Assembly (NCBI GenBank): GCA_963666985.2
Contig: CAXXIA010000001.1
Span: forward strand, 160,001 to 224,000
Source: Spirochaetia bacterium
Lineage (GTDB): Bacteria > Spirochaetota > Spirochaetia > DSM-2461
Direction: 5' to 3'
Length of the DNA stretch: 64,000 nt
Position 1 is the stretch's first letter. Each line of letters opens with the position of its first letter. Below are positions 9,552 to 19,336 of this stretch, one piece after another. The translations under genes and the position numbers were made by a program. Under the pieces are notes generated by a model. The model did not search any database and was not told the origin of the DNA. It was given only the letters and a program-made list of their open reading frames with translations.

Positions 9552-12497
9552 TTGGATCCCATCGACATCCGCGAAACTTTCGATAAGCTGAAATTCGGCG
9601 AAGACGCGTTCCACGAACTCATGCGCTGGCGCGTTCGGCGCGTTCTGCTTGTTCTGCCTCATTATGACGCCTGGATTTTGGAACATGACGCAAAGCTCTC
9701 CGATCAAATCGTCGGCGAATATCATCAGCTGAACCTGACGACGGTTCCCCGTCTTACAACCGTGGCCGACGGGGAAGAAGCGCTGTCTCTTCTCGCGGAA
9801 CAAGAATTTGAGCTTTTGATAATCGGCAAGCGCGTCGGCGATTTGACTCCGGGTGAACTTGCCGCCCGCGCGAAACAGCTTCGATCCGACATGGCCGTTT
9901 TGATGCTTTTTCCTTCGCGAAGCGATTTGGCGACGGATGAAAGCACCGATGAAGAGGAAAGCGCCATTGACGCCCGATTTTTGTGGAGCGGCGATTCGCG
10001 TCTGTTTCTGGCGATGATTAAGTATGTCGAGGATGTGCGCAATGCCCCCGCGGATGCCGGTGACGGCAGAGTGGGGGTGCTGCTGGTTGTGGAAGATTCG
10101 ATCGCCTTTTATTCCGCCTATCTTCCGCTTCTGTATATCGAGGTAATGGTCCAAACGCAACGACTCATTGCCGAAGAGATGAACGACAGCGATAAATTCT
10201 GGCGGATGCGGACCCGGCCGAAAGTTCTTCTGGCCAGAAATTGGGAAGAAGCCCTTACTCTGGGCGAAACATACCGTAAAGCCCTTATCGGCATAATTTC
10301 GGACATCGGATTTTCCAAGGCCGGAAAGATGAACGGCAGGGCCGGTTTCGACCTTGTGGAAAGGTTCCGCGCGGATAAAATCTGGATTCCCGTACTCTTT
10401 CAGTCCTCGGACGACAATGTTGCCGAAGAGGCTTCGACATGGAAGGCGCGATTCCAAGGAAAGCTTTCGGGCGATCTCCTCCGCGGTATCCGGCGTTTTC
10501 TGCTGGAAGATTTGGGTTTCGGGGATTTTGTTTTTCGGAACCCCGACGGGCAAGAAGTCCGCCGGGTCCGAACGCTTCGGGAATTTGAACTGGCCCTTGC
10601 CGAGCTGCCGACCGAGAGCATTCTTTACCATGCCGACAGGGATGATTATTCCAGGTGGCTGAACGCTCACGGCGAGTATCAGGTGGCAAGGCGGATTAAG
10701 CCGGTACGCTCCGCGGATTTCAGTACGTCCGAAGAACATCGTGCTTTTCTTGTCCGTTCGTTCCGGGAAATTCGGGAATCGCGGCATCGGGGACGTCTTG
10801 TCGAATATCGGCCCGACGATCCCGGTGCTCCGGGTTCCATCGCACGATACGGCAGCGGTTCTCTCGGCGGGAAAGGCCGCGGGCTGGCGTTTTTTAATGC
10901 CGTTTTGTCCGCCGTCCCTTGGGGGGATCGTTTTGAACCTCTGAAAGTGACTATTCCCAGAACACTGATCATCGCTACCGGAGAATTTGATAAGTTTCTG
11001 GAGATTCATAACTTTTCTACCGAGACGCTTACTGATGATGAAGCGCTTCATCGGGGCTTTCTGGATGCTTCCTTTTCGCAGGAATTAACCGAAGTTCTGC
11101 GATCCTTTATTTCGCAGGGAAACGGACCTCTCGCCGTTCGCTCATCGGCCCTCCTTGAAGATTCGCAGTCCATTCCCCTGGCCGGTGTGTACGACACGTA
11201 CATGATACCGGATTGCGAGGATTCCGAATCAAAGCTTCGTTCGGTGAGCGATGCGGTTAAACTGGTTTGGGCCAGTACGTTCTCCCGGGAAGCCGCTTTG
11301 TATCGGGAGGCCATGGGCGTGGGGCGGGAAGAAGAGAAAATGGCCGTTGTGATTCAGGACGCGGCCGGAGCACGGCATGAAAACTGGTGGTTCCCCAGAC
11401 TTTCGGGAACGGCCCAATCGCTGAATTATTATCCTGTGGGCCCCATGGAGAGAGAGGACGGCGCGGCGCGGATTGCCATCGGAATGGGACGTTCGGTTGT
11501 GGAGGGAAACAGAGGGTTTCTTTTCTGTCCTTCGCATCCCTCGGTTCCATGGGGAACGGAGGAAGACCGATGGAGAGAAGGGCAGACACATTTCTGGGCT
11601 ATTCAAAGGAATCTTAATCGCTCTGATCCGCGTCTTTCTTCGGGCGAAGGCAGCAACCTCGTCAGTCTGACGGTTAAGGATGCCGAGAACATGGGTGTTT
11701 TGAGACATATGGCTTCCACCTGGGATCCGGTGGATCACAAGCTTGTCGACGGCATCGACACGGCGGGGCCGCGGGTTATTGATTTTCGCGATTTACTCGA
11801 ATACGAGTGGCTGCCGCTGGCTCAGCTTCTGAAAGTTCTTCTGAAGCTTTCCCGAAGCGCGCTCGGGAGTCCGGTGGAACTGGAATTCGCGTTGGATTGG
11901 CAGGGTGATTATTCCGATGATGCGGTTTTCTCGCTTCTTCAAGTCAGGCCGCTAATTTCTCAGTCCGGTACGTTTTTTTCGGTTCCCGAAAAGCCTGCGG
12001 ATGAGGATTTGCTTTTGTATTCCGAAACGGCTTTGGGGCATGGAATCCTGGAGGGCATCAGGGATGTGGTTTGGGTTGATCCCGATTTATACGATGCGGG
12101 GAAAACCGAATCCTATAGGGACGAAGTGGCGGCCGTTATGGACGAATTGGCTCAAGCCGACAGACCCGCGATTTTAATCGGTCCCGGACGATGGGGAAGC
12201 CGCGACCGGTTTCTCGGTATCCCGGTCAGCTGGGCCCAGGTGCGGCAGGCGCGGCTTATCGTGGAAGTCGATCGCGGTTCGGGAGATCCCGAGCCGTCTC
12301 AAGGGTCTCATTTTTTTCATAATTTGGTTGCTCTCGGTGTCGGATATGCCCATGTGTCCCGTTCACGAGGTTTTATCGATTGGATTTCATTAAGAAAAAA
12401 AGATGGGAACGATACCCCCGTATGTCATTCTGTTCTGAAAAATCCCGTTACGATTGTTATGGATGGCAAAAAAGGGAGAATATGGATTGAAAAATGA
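9552..12497 (+). CDS. PEP/pyruvate-binding (PPDK_N ATP-grasp) protein with N-terminal receiver-like domains
   Basis: Receiver-like segments (LLVVEDS, GIISDIGF); ATP-grasp motifs GSLGGKGRGL, LAVRSS, MAVVIQ, VELEFA, LLQVRP; C-terminal SQGSHFFHNL; upstream of gdhA. Confidence 0.88.
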   Translation: MDPIDIRETFDKLKFGEDAFHELMRWRVRRVLLVLPHYDAWILEHDAKLSDQIVGEYHQLNLTTVPRLTTVADGEEALSLLAEQEFELLIIGKRVGDLTPGELAARAKQLRSDMAVLMLFPSRSDLATDESTDEEESAIDARFLWSGDSRLFLAMIKYVEDVRNAPADAGDGRVGVLLVVEDSIAFYSAYLPLLYIEVMVQTQRLIAEEMNDSDKFWRMRTRPKVLLARNWEEALTLGETYRKALIGIISDIGFSKAGKMNGRAGFDLVERFRADKIWIPVLFQSSDDNVAEEASTWKARFQGKLSGDLLRGIRRFLLEDLGFGDFVFRNPDGQEVRRVRTLREFELALAELPTESILYHADRDDYSRWLNAHGEYQVARRIKPVRSADFSTSEEHRAFLVRSFREIRESRHRGRLVEYRPDDPGAPGSIARYGSGSLGGKGRGLAFFNAVLSAVPWGDRFEPLKVTIPRTLIIATGEFDKFLEIHNFSTETLTDDEALHRGFLDASFSQELTEVLRSFISQGNGPLAVRSSALLEDSQSIPLAGVYDTYMIPDCEDSESKLRSVSDAVKLVWASTFSREAALYREAMGVGREEEKMAVVIQDAAGARHENWWFPRLSGTAQSLNYYPVGPMEREDGAARIAIGMGRSVVEGNRGFLFCPSHPSVPWGTEEDRWREGQTHFWAIQRNLNRSDPRLSSGEGSNLVSLTVKDAENMGVLRHMASTWDPVDHKLVDGIDTAGPRVIDFRDLLEYEWLPLAQLLKVLLKLSRSALGSPVELEFALDWQGDYSDDAVFSLLQVRPLISQSGTFFSVPEKPADEDLLLYSETALGHGILEGIRDVVWVDPDLYDAGKTESYRDEVAAVMDELAQADRPAILIGPGRWGSRDRFLGIPVSWAQVRQARLIVEVDRGSGDPEPSQGSHFFHNLVALGVGYAHVSRSRGFIDWISLRKKDGNDTPVCHSVLKNPVTIVMDGKKGRIWIEK

Positions 12498-12550
12498 TAA
12501 TAACGTCAATATAATTGTTATATAATGATGAAAACGTAAAAATAATAAAA

Positions 12551-12580
12551 TTGACAATTGTGTCGGTTTTAGACTAGCTT
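12551..12580 (+). promoter_or_regulatory. Putative sigma70 promoter of gdhA
   Basis: TTGACA-N18-TAGCTT after a very AT-rich tract; GGAGG RBS follows. Confidence 0.55.
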
Positions 12581-12609
12581 ATGTTCATCTGTATAACGGA
12601 GGTAAGCGG

Positions 12610-13953
12610 ATGCGTGGGTACGTCAAAGAAGTCTATGACAAACTTTCGGGAAAATATCCTTGGGAGCATGAGTTTTTACAGGCGGCGCTGGAGGTTCTCG
12701 AATCGCTTGAATCTCTGATGGACAGGGAGCCGAGGTATAAAAAACATCGGATTCTTGAGCGTCTCGTGGAGCCTGAAAGAGTCATTCTTTTTCGCGTTCC
12801 CTGGACGGACGACAGGGGCGATATCCAGGTCAACAACGGCTACCGTGTTGAATACAACAGCGCCTTGGGTCCCTACAAGGGAGGTCTTCGTTTTCATCCG
12901 TCGGTGACTCTGGGAATCCTGAAGTTCCTCGGCTTTGAACAGATTTTTAAAAACAGTCTGACCGGACTGCCGATGGGGGGCGGAAAAGGCGGCAGCGATT
13001 TCGACCCTAAGGGAAAAAGCGATGGTGAGGTCATGCGGTTCTGCCAGGCCTTCATGGACGAGCTTTTCCGCCATATCGGCCCGAATACCGATGTGCCGGC
13101 CGGCGACATCGGTGTGGGCGGGCGTGAAATCGGTTTCCTTTTCGGACGCTATAAAAAACTTCGCAACGCCTTTGAAGGCGTGCTTACCGGTAAGGGCCGC
13201 AACTGGGGCGGCAGTCTTATTCGTCCCGAGGCGACCGGTTACGGTGCGGTTTATTTCGCTCAGGCCATGCTTTCCACGCGGAATGATGCCTTCGAAGGGA
13301 AGAAGGTCCTGATTTCCGGATCGGGAAATGTGGCGCAGTTCGCCGCGGAGAAGGTTCTCGATTTGGGCGGTATTCCCATTTCTTTCTCGGATTCTTCGGG
13401 CTCCGTGATTGATCCGGACGGCATTACCCGGGAAAAACTGGCCTGGATGATGGAGCTGAAAAATCAGAGGCGGGGCAGAATCAAGGAATACGCCGATGAA
13501 TTCAAAGTTTCTTATTACGAAGGCAAGCGTCCCTGGATGCTGACCGAGGCGGCGGTGGCTCTGCCCTGCGCCACTCAGAATGAAATCAACAAGGCCGAAG
13601 CCGAATCTCTGGTTAAGAACGGATGTCTGTGTGTTTCCGAGGGCGCCAACATGCCCACCGAACCCGATGCCGTCGAAGTCTTTCAGGGCGCGAAAGTTCT
13701 CTACGCTCCGGGAAAAGCGGCCAATGCCGGAGGCGTCGCGGTTTCCGGACTGGAAATGTCTCAGAACAGCATGCGTCTTTCCTGGACGCGCGAAGAAGTG
13801 GATTCCCGCCTGAACGGAATCATGAATCAAATCCATTCAAGCTGTGTGGAAGCGGCCGGAGATTTGGGCATGGAAGGGAATTATGTCATCGGCGCGAATG
13901 TCGCCGGTTTCCGCAAGGTGGCCGATGCGATGATCGATCAAGGCGTTGTGTAA
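12610..13953 (+). CDS. gdhA: Glutamate dehydrogenase (NADP-specific type)
   Basis: GPYKGGLRFH, GGGKGGSDF, DVPAGDIG, RPEATGYG, GSGNVA, EGANMP. Confidence 0.98.
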   Translation: MRGYVKEVYDKLSGKYPWEHEFLQAALEVLESLESLMDREPRYKKHRILERLVEPERVILFRVPWTDDRGDIQVNNGYRVEYNSALGPYKGGLRFHPSVTLGILKFLGFEQIFKNSLTGLPMGGGKGGSDFDPKGKSDGEVMRFCQAFMDELFRHIGPNTDVPAGDIGVGGREIGFLFGRYKKLRNAFEGVLTGKGRNWGGSLIRPEATGYGAVYFAQAMLSTRNDAFEGKKVLISGSGNVAQFAAEKVLDLGGIPISFSDSSGSVIDPDGITREKLAWMMELKNQRRGRIKEYADEFKVSYYEGKRPWMLTEAAVALPCATQNEINKAEAESLVKNGCLCVSEGANMPTEPDAVEVFQGAKVLYAPGKAANAGGVAVSGLEMSQNSMRLSWTREEVDSRLNGIMNQIHSSCVEAAGDLGMEGNYVIGANVAGFRKVADAMIDQGVV

Positions 13954-14018
13954 GTAAGGTCATCCGACTCTATCGGTTCTTTCGGAGCATGCTCCGGGAG
14001 AATTTTTATTACCGTATT

Positions 14019-15751
14019 GAAAAGGGGCTGTCTCATTAGTTTGAGACAGCCCCTTTTAAAATTTGGTTGACCTCCGAAGACGGGAGGTTCCCTCCCATCC
14101 CCTTATCGTTTCTGTAGCTTCCTCATGTTATGAGCCATACTCAACAGTCCCCATTCAGTACTGACCATCTTCAATCCCCTGGTTCGGAATCTCCGAAATC
14201 CCATATTCGTCTTGATATCTCCGAATACAGATTCGACTTCAATCGGCCTGAGAGAGCGCATTCTCAGTCCTTCCTCTGAAGTCAGCAACTTGCGCACTTC
14301 AGACTTATGCCGTTCCAGGTTTGGACGAACCGTCAGGATGCGCTCTTTGCCTCCGTATTTGCAGCACCGGATTCGGAGAGAACACCTTTGGCATCCAGGG
14401 CCTGTATACCTTTTTTCAGTGGTCGGAAATCCTGAACCTGTTTTCGAGATTCTGGTCTCCTCGTGTTTGAATCGGCGACCCTTGGGGCACCGGTATGTAT
14501 CATCAGAGGCACGATAGTCCCAGTTCTCTTTCATATGAATCTGCTTCTTGAACTTCCGTTTCCGCTCCCTGTGGAAGTAGCTGAACTTGATGTACTTCTC
14601 GACACCATGATCCTCACACCACTGGTAGTTCTCTTCACTACCATATCCTGAATCAGCAATGATTCTTTTCGGATAGCGTTTCAGATTCTTTTTCAGTTTC
14701 TCCATATGTAGCGGCAATGTCAGGGAGTCACCGGGACTCTGGTGGATGCTATATCCGAGGATGAACTGGTTCTCAGTACCCATTTGGATGTTGTACCCGG
14801 GCTTGAGCTGACCATTTTTCATATAGTCTTCTTTCATCCGCATGAAAGTCGCATCATAGTCTGTTTTCGAGTAACTATTTCGGTCGCCGAGGATTCTCTT
14901 CTGCTGCTCATACTTTTTGGCACGAGGGAGATAGTCCTTGCTAGCGGTATTCAATCTCCGTTGAATCTCCTTCTTTTCTCGCTCCTCCCGATCCTTGCGC
15001 AGCTCTTCATTGAGCTTGGATACCGCATCTTCGAGAATCTCCGACATCGGCCTGCCTTGAGGATCCACATGGGGAAGGTCATGGTCGCCGTACTTCTCAT
15101 CCTCTTCTTCATTGATGCGGTCGATGTATTCGAAAAGCTCATCCATATTGCCGGCCAGGCGCTTCTGGAACTTGTCTGTCGCCCGGCCCCATACCCATGT
15201 GTATTTGTTAGCTGCTGATTCGATTTTTGTGCCGTCGAGAAAGTAGTTCTCCATCTGGACATGTCCGCTCTCGATGAGGCTGTTGGCCATTGAGGCAAAG
15301 ATTTTCTCGATGCTCTTCTTCAATGGACCGTTACGAAATCTGTTTATCGTGTGGAAATCAGGACGGTTATTACCACTGATCCACATGAAGCATATCTGCT
15401 CACGAAGAGCGTCTGCGATTTGACGACAGGAATACAGCTGTTTCGAGTAGGCCAACACCAGAACCTTCAGCATCATCACCGGGTGGTAGCTGCTGGCACC
15501 GCCTCCCGGATAGGCGTTGAAGAGCTCACTGGTATCCATCGTGTCGATGAAGTTGTTGATTGTGCGGGATATATGGTTTGCGGGAAGCAGTTCATCGAGA
15601 CTTGGAGGCAGGAGCATCTGTTGGCTGATTTCGTAATCTTTGAATGTAGCCTTCTTTTTAGTGTCCATGAAGAATTCTACCACCCTTGAATTCAGAAGGG
15701 AATTCTTCCAGACATGAAAAAGGGCCGCCTCTTATGAGACAGCCCCTTTTC
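14019..15751 (-). mobile_element. IS1182-family insertion sequence
   Basis: Single transposase bounded by a perfect 18-bp inverted repeat GAAAAGGGGCTGTCTCAT (14019-14036) / ATGAGACAGCCCCTTTTC (15734-15751); exact ends ambiguous. Confidence 0.9.
14103..15683 (-). CDS. IS1182-family DDE transposase
   Basis: YHPVMMLK, PDFHTINRFR, FLDGTKIES, SKTDYDATFMRMK, ADSGYGSEENY, VESVFGDIK; frame intact; possible ATG at 15668. Confidence 0.95.
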   Translation of the reverse strand: MVEFFMDTKKKATFKDYEISQQMLLPPSLDELLPANHISRTINNFIDTMDTSELFNAYPGGGASSYHPVMMLKVLVLAYSKQLYSCRQIADALREQICFMWISGNNRPDFHTINRFRNGPLKKSIEKIFASMANSLIESGHVQMENYFLDGTKIESAANKYTWVWGRATDKFQKRLAGNMDELFEYIDRINEEEDEKYGDHDLPHVDPQGRPMSEILEDAVSKLNEELRKDREEREKKEIQRRLNTASKDYLPRAKKYEQQKRILGDRNSYSKTDYDATFMRMKEDYMKNGQLKPGYNIQMGTENQFILGYSIHQSPGDSLTLPLHMEKLKKNLKRYPKRIIADSGYGSEENYQWCEDHGVEKYIKFSYFHRERKRKFKKQIHMKENWDYRASDDTYRCPKGRRFKHEETRISKTGSGFPTTEKRYTGPGCQRCSLRIRCCKYGGKERILTVRPNLERHKSEVRKLLTSEEGLRMRSLRPIEVESVFGDIKTNMGFRRFRTRGLKMVSTEWGLLSMAHNMRKLQKR

Positions 15752-15768
15752 GTCGTATACTGAGGTTC

Positions 15769-17910
15769 ATGCCGAGATTGCCCGCTTCCGTGGGAAAATA
15801 CAAAATCATCGACCGACTCGGAAACGGCGGAATGAGCGTGATTTACAAAGCGGAACATCCCACTTTGGGAACGTCCGTGGTAATCAAGAAGCTCACGCTG
15901 AAAGGCGACGAGGCGCATAGGGAACGCTTCCGGCGAGAAGCGACGCTGATGATGAAGCTCCGCCACGAGAACGTTGTCGGGGTTTATGATCATTTCAAGG
16001 AAGGCGGCGGTCATTACCTCGTGATGGAATTCGTCGATGGCCGGCCGCTGTCGGAATTGCTGGCGAGGGAGGGGGCTTTGCCTCCGAAAGATGCGGCTTG
16101 GCTTATCGGGCGCATCGCTCTCGCCCTGGCTCATATCCATGCGCACGGTGTTGTCCATAGAGACTTAAAGCCTTCGAATGTGCTTTTGGGCCGAGACGGT
16201 TCGGTAAAGCTCGCCGATTTCGGCATCGCCTTTGTTCCGGGCGGAGACGAAGATATCACCGCCGAGGGAACCGCCCTTGGGACGCCGACGTTTATGGCTC
16301 CCGAGCAGCTTGAAGATGCCCGGAGCGCCGATGAGCGCTCCGATATCTGGTCTCTGGGCGTGTGTTTTTTTGAATTGATCACCGGACGGAAATTCGTTAC
16401 CGGACCTACGCCGGCCGCAATCGGAAAATCACTTCCGGATGCAGTCAGAAAGATGCCGGGGCGTCTGCCGCCCAATCTTCCTTTTCGCTACCGAAGCCTT
16501 TTAAAGCGGAGTCTTAAGCTGCGCCCGCAGTCGCGCCTTTCATCCGGCAGTGCCGCGGTGCGGCTTTTAGGAGCGGACGCGAAGGCTGCAGCACCTCCGC
16601 CTGTTTCTTTGAAGCATCGGCTGGATGAGTTTTTAGGATCATTCTCACCCGATGCCGAACCCACGCCGGATCTTTTCCGGTCCGATTTTTCGGATAACGA
16701 GGGAAAAGAGCCGGATCGTGACGCATCGGACATGGATTCGAAAGGGCGCAACAGTTCTTTTCTGGACGGCATCCGATTTCTGTTTTCACCGCAAAAAGAC
16801 GTCTGTGGCGATAAAAATCCGCCGGTAGGCGGCTCCGAAGAGCGGAACATCAAAGAAAAAGAACCGAAGCGGCCGGGTGGCAGCCGCCGGGGCGGCGTAT
16901 CGGATGGAGAACCCGAAGACGGTGAAGATCCGAAACGGATCTCTAACGGCGGATTTTCCGCTTTTTTCCGGAATCGTCCGATAAGAGCCGCAATCCTCGG
17001 GTTTGTTTTAGTGATTATTGCACTATTTATATTTATTCCCGGATTTTGGAATGCCCTGTTTCGAAGCGAAACCTACGGCGCCTGCCGGCTGGTTCTTTTG
17101 TATCCTGAAAACGCTCCGGAATATTGGCTTGACGGCGCGGTCGCCGGGATTTACAGGGAAGAGGGCGGAGCGCTGGAGAAAGTCCTCTCTCCCAGGCTGA
17201 AGCCGTCTCGGGATTCGGAATCCCTGGTCAGTCGGCCCGTTTCGCTGCCGGCAGGCGCCTACAGAGTCCGCTGGAGTCTTGGAGACAAAGTTTCCTGGAG
17301 ATCTTTCAGACTGCCGCCTTATAAAGAAGCGCGCGCCGCGGGGTTCGGAGTTCTCACTCTGGAAGAAGAGCTTGGAGATCCTCCTGAGTTTTCTCTTATT
17401 CTCAAGTGGGGAGTCCGCGATGCCTTAAGCGGCATCGATTTGAAGAATATTGCGTCAATCGACTGGGAAGCTTTGGACGAGGACAACGGAGAATTCAGCT
17501 CGGGCGGACGGTATCGGATTGTCATTGGTGCTCCGGGATACAGATCGGCCGAATTCAATATCGCGGTCAGTCCTTGGCGGCGCGAGGTTAATCTGGTTGC
17601 CGATCTTTGGCCGGAAGGTGCCCGCATTATCGTTCGCAACCGTTCCGAGCGGTCCGTAATGCCGAGGCTGAACGGTTCGGGGCATTATGTCTCCATGGGG
17701 GAATCTCCCGAACTGAAGCGCATCGGCCGATTAGCGGCCGCGAGCGAGATGGTTCTTAACGTTGCGCCCGGAGATTACATCATGGCGCCGGGACTCGGCC
17801 GGGAGGGCTCGATTCGGATCGGGCTGGAATCCGGAGCAACCGTTATTATTGATGTTGTCGGAGATACACAGAGAGGTGAACGCGGAACCGCCATGAGGAT
17901 GGAAGAATAA
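15769..17910 (+). CDS. Membrane Ser/Thr protein kinase (Hanks type)
   Basis: LGNGGMSVIY, VHRDLKPSN, DFG, GTPTFMAPE, followed by an acidic linker, one TM helix and a C-terminal extracytoplasmic region. Confidence 0.92.
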   Translation: MPRLPASVGKYKIIDRLGNGGMSVIYKAEHPTLGTSVVIKKLTLKGDEAHRERFRREATLMMKLRHENVVGVYDHFKEGGGHYLVMEFVDGRPLSELLAREGALPPKDAAWLIGRIALALAHIHAHGVVHRDLKPSNVLLGRDGSVKLADFGIAFVPGGDEDITAEGTALGTPTFMAPEQLEDARSADERSDIWSLGVCFFELITGRKFVTGPTPAAIGKSLPDAVRKMPGRLPPNLPFRYRSLLKRSLKLRPQSRLSSGSAAVRLLGADAKAAAPPPVSLKHRLDEFLGSFSPDAEPTPDLFRSDFSDNEGKEPDRDASDMDSKGRNSSFLDGIRFLFSPQKDVCGDKNPPVGGSEERNIKEKEPKRPGGSRRGGVSDGEPEDGEDPKRISNGGFSAFFRNRPIRAAILGFVLVIIALFIFIPGFWNALFRSETYGACRLVLLYPENAPEYWLDGAVAGIYREEGGALEKVLSPRLKPSRDSESLVSRPVSLPAGAYRVRWSLGDKVSWRSFRLPPYKEARAAGFGVLTLEEELGDPPEFSLILKWGVRDALSGIDLKNIASIDWEALDEDNGEFSSGGRYRIVIGAPGYRSAEFNIAVSPWRREVNLVADLWPEGARIIVRNRSERSVMPRLNGSGHYVSMGESPELKRIGRLAAASEMVLNVAPGDYIMAPGLGREGSIRIGLESGATVIIDVVGDTQRGERGTAMRMEE

Positions 17911-17925
17911 GGTTCACCGATTCGT

Positions 17926-18381
17926 TTATTCTCGGATTTTGCTGTCCAAAAGGATGGTGAATGGTCCGTCGTTTATCAGCGACACCTTCATGGCGGCGCC
18001 GAATTCTCCGGTTGGGATTGTTTTTTTCAAGATCGATTCCAGCTCGCTTACGAAAAATTCATAGAGCGGAACGGCCTGCTCGGGAGGCGCCGCCGGATCG
18101 AAAGAAGGCCGGTTTCCTTTTCGTGTGCCGGCATACAGGGTAAACTGACTTACGACAAGAACCTCTCCGCCGATGTCTCGGAGCGATTCGTTCGTTTTTC
18201 CCTGCGCATCTTCGAAAATCCTCATGGAAGAGATTTTTCGAACCAGCCAAGCGGCATCATCGGGATTGTCGTTCCGGCCAACACCTAAGAGAATCATCAT
18301 TCCCTTACCGATAGCGCGGACCTCCGCAGTTTCTTCTATGGTTACCGAGGCTTCCGTTACGCGCTGGATGACGGCTCTCAT
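17926..18381 (-). CDS. dtd: D-aminoacyl-tRNA deacylase
   Basis: MRAVIQRV, VSQFTL, KGNRPSF, NDGPFT. Confidence 0.97.
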   Translation of the reverse strand: MRAVIQRVTEASVTIEETAEVRAIGKGMMILLGVGRNDNPDDAAWLVRKISSMRIFEDAQGKTNESLRDIGGEVLVVSQFTLYAGTRKGNRPSFDPAAPPEQAVPLYEFFVSELESILKKTIPTGEFGAAMKVSLINDGPFTILLDSKIRE

Positions 18382-18505
18382 GGAGATTCCCCTTTTCCGT
18401 GATCTTCCCGATTTCTCAACATTCCAATGAAGTTAACTTTATCCGGAAGTACCGCCGACGGCCATCCGTTTTCCTTTGGACACGATCGGGTTTATCATAC
18501 ACATC

Positions 18506-19243
18506 ATGAAATCCTATCTTACGGGTGCCAACGGCGTTTCCGAAGCGATAAAAAGAGAAAAAGGCGTTTTATATATTTCTCGAAAAGAGGGACGATCCGG
18601 GGAATTGGCGGAACTCGCGAAAAACCACGGAGTTTCAATCAGGCGTGTTTCGGATAAGGAACTCACATTGCTGGCCGGGAACGGTCATCGAGGGTTCGCA
18701 CTGGAAACACATGAAACTTCAAAAAAAGATCTTATCCGGACTTTGGATGAACTCATTGCGGACGCTGAGGAGAATACTCTGGTTCTCCTTCTGGACGGAA
18801 TCACCGATCCCCGGAATCTTGGCGCAATCCTCAGGGCCGCAGATCAGTTTGCGGCGGCTGTCGTTGTGCCCAGGCGGCGATCGGCCGGGAAGGATTCCGA
18901 TTCGGTGAGCCGTGCGTCCGCCGGTGCGGTGGAATGGGTTTCCTGTATCGAAGTACCCAATATGGCCCGAGCTTGCGAGGAGCTCAAACAGGGCGGTTTT
19001 TGGATTTGGGGCGCGGATATGAGCGGTAATCCGGCCCCTTCGGTGAATCTTAAGGGACGGACGGCGCTGGTTATGGGGCGTGAGGGAGAAGGCCTTCATC
19101 GATTGATAAAAGAACGATGCGACGGTTTGATTCGAATCCCCACCGGGGGCCGAATCGATTCACTGAATGTCGCTACCGCCGCCGGAATCCTGATGTATGA
19201 GGCTCGCAGGCAGCAGTCGTTCCCTTACCGAGGGTCCGTTTAA
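18506..19243 (+). CDS. rlmB: 23S rRNA Gm2251 2'-O-methyltransferase (SpoU/TrmH family)
   Basis: LDGITDPRNLGAILR, MGREGEGL, IDSLNVATAAGI. Confidence 0.9.
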   Translation: MKSYLTGANGVSEAIKREKGVLYISRKEGRSGELAELAKNHGVSIRRVSDKELTLLAGNGHRGFALETHETSKKDLIRTLDELIADAEENTLVLLLDGITDPRNLGAILRAADQFAAAVVVPRRRSAGKDSDSVSRASAGAVEWVSCIEVPNMARACEELKQGGFWIWGADMSGNPAPSVNLKGRTALVMGREGEGLHRLIKERCDGLIRIPTGGRIDSLNVATAAGILMYEARRQQSFPYRGSV

Positions 19244-19336
19244 AGGGATTTTTTGTCAATCTTGCCGAATCCACTTGCGAAATTAACGGTGTCTCTGCAA
19301 AATCCCTTCAGATCTACTTGAAAAAAGGATGACCAA

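Noticed and set aside
9522..11051. 509-aa minus-strand ORF near the structured RNA, considered as the missing RT
   Set aside because: No YADD or other RT motifs; antisense shadow of the dikinase-like gene
12676..13836. 386-aa antisense ORF inside gdhA
   Set aside because: Lies entirely opposite a conserved gene and has no motifs
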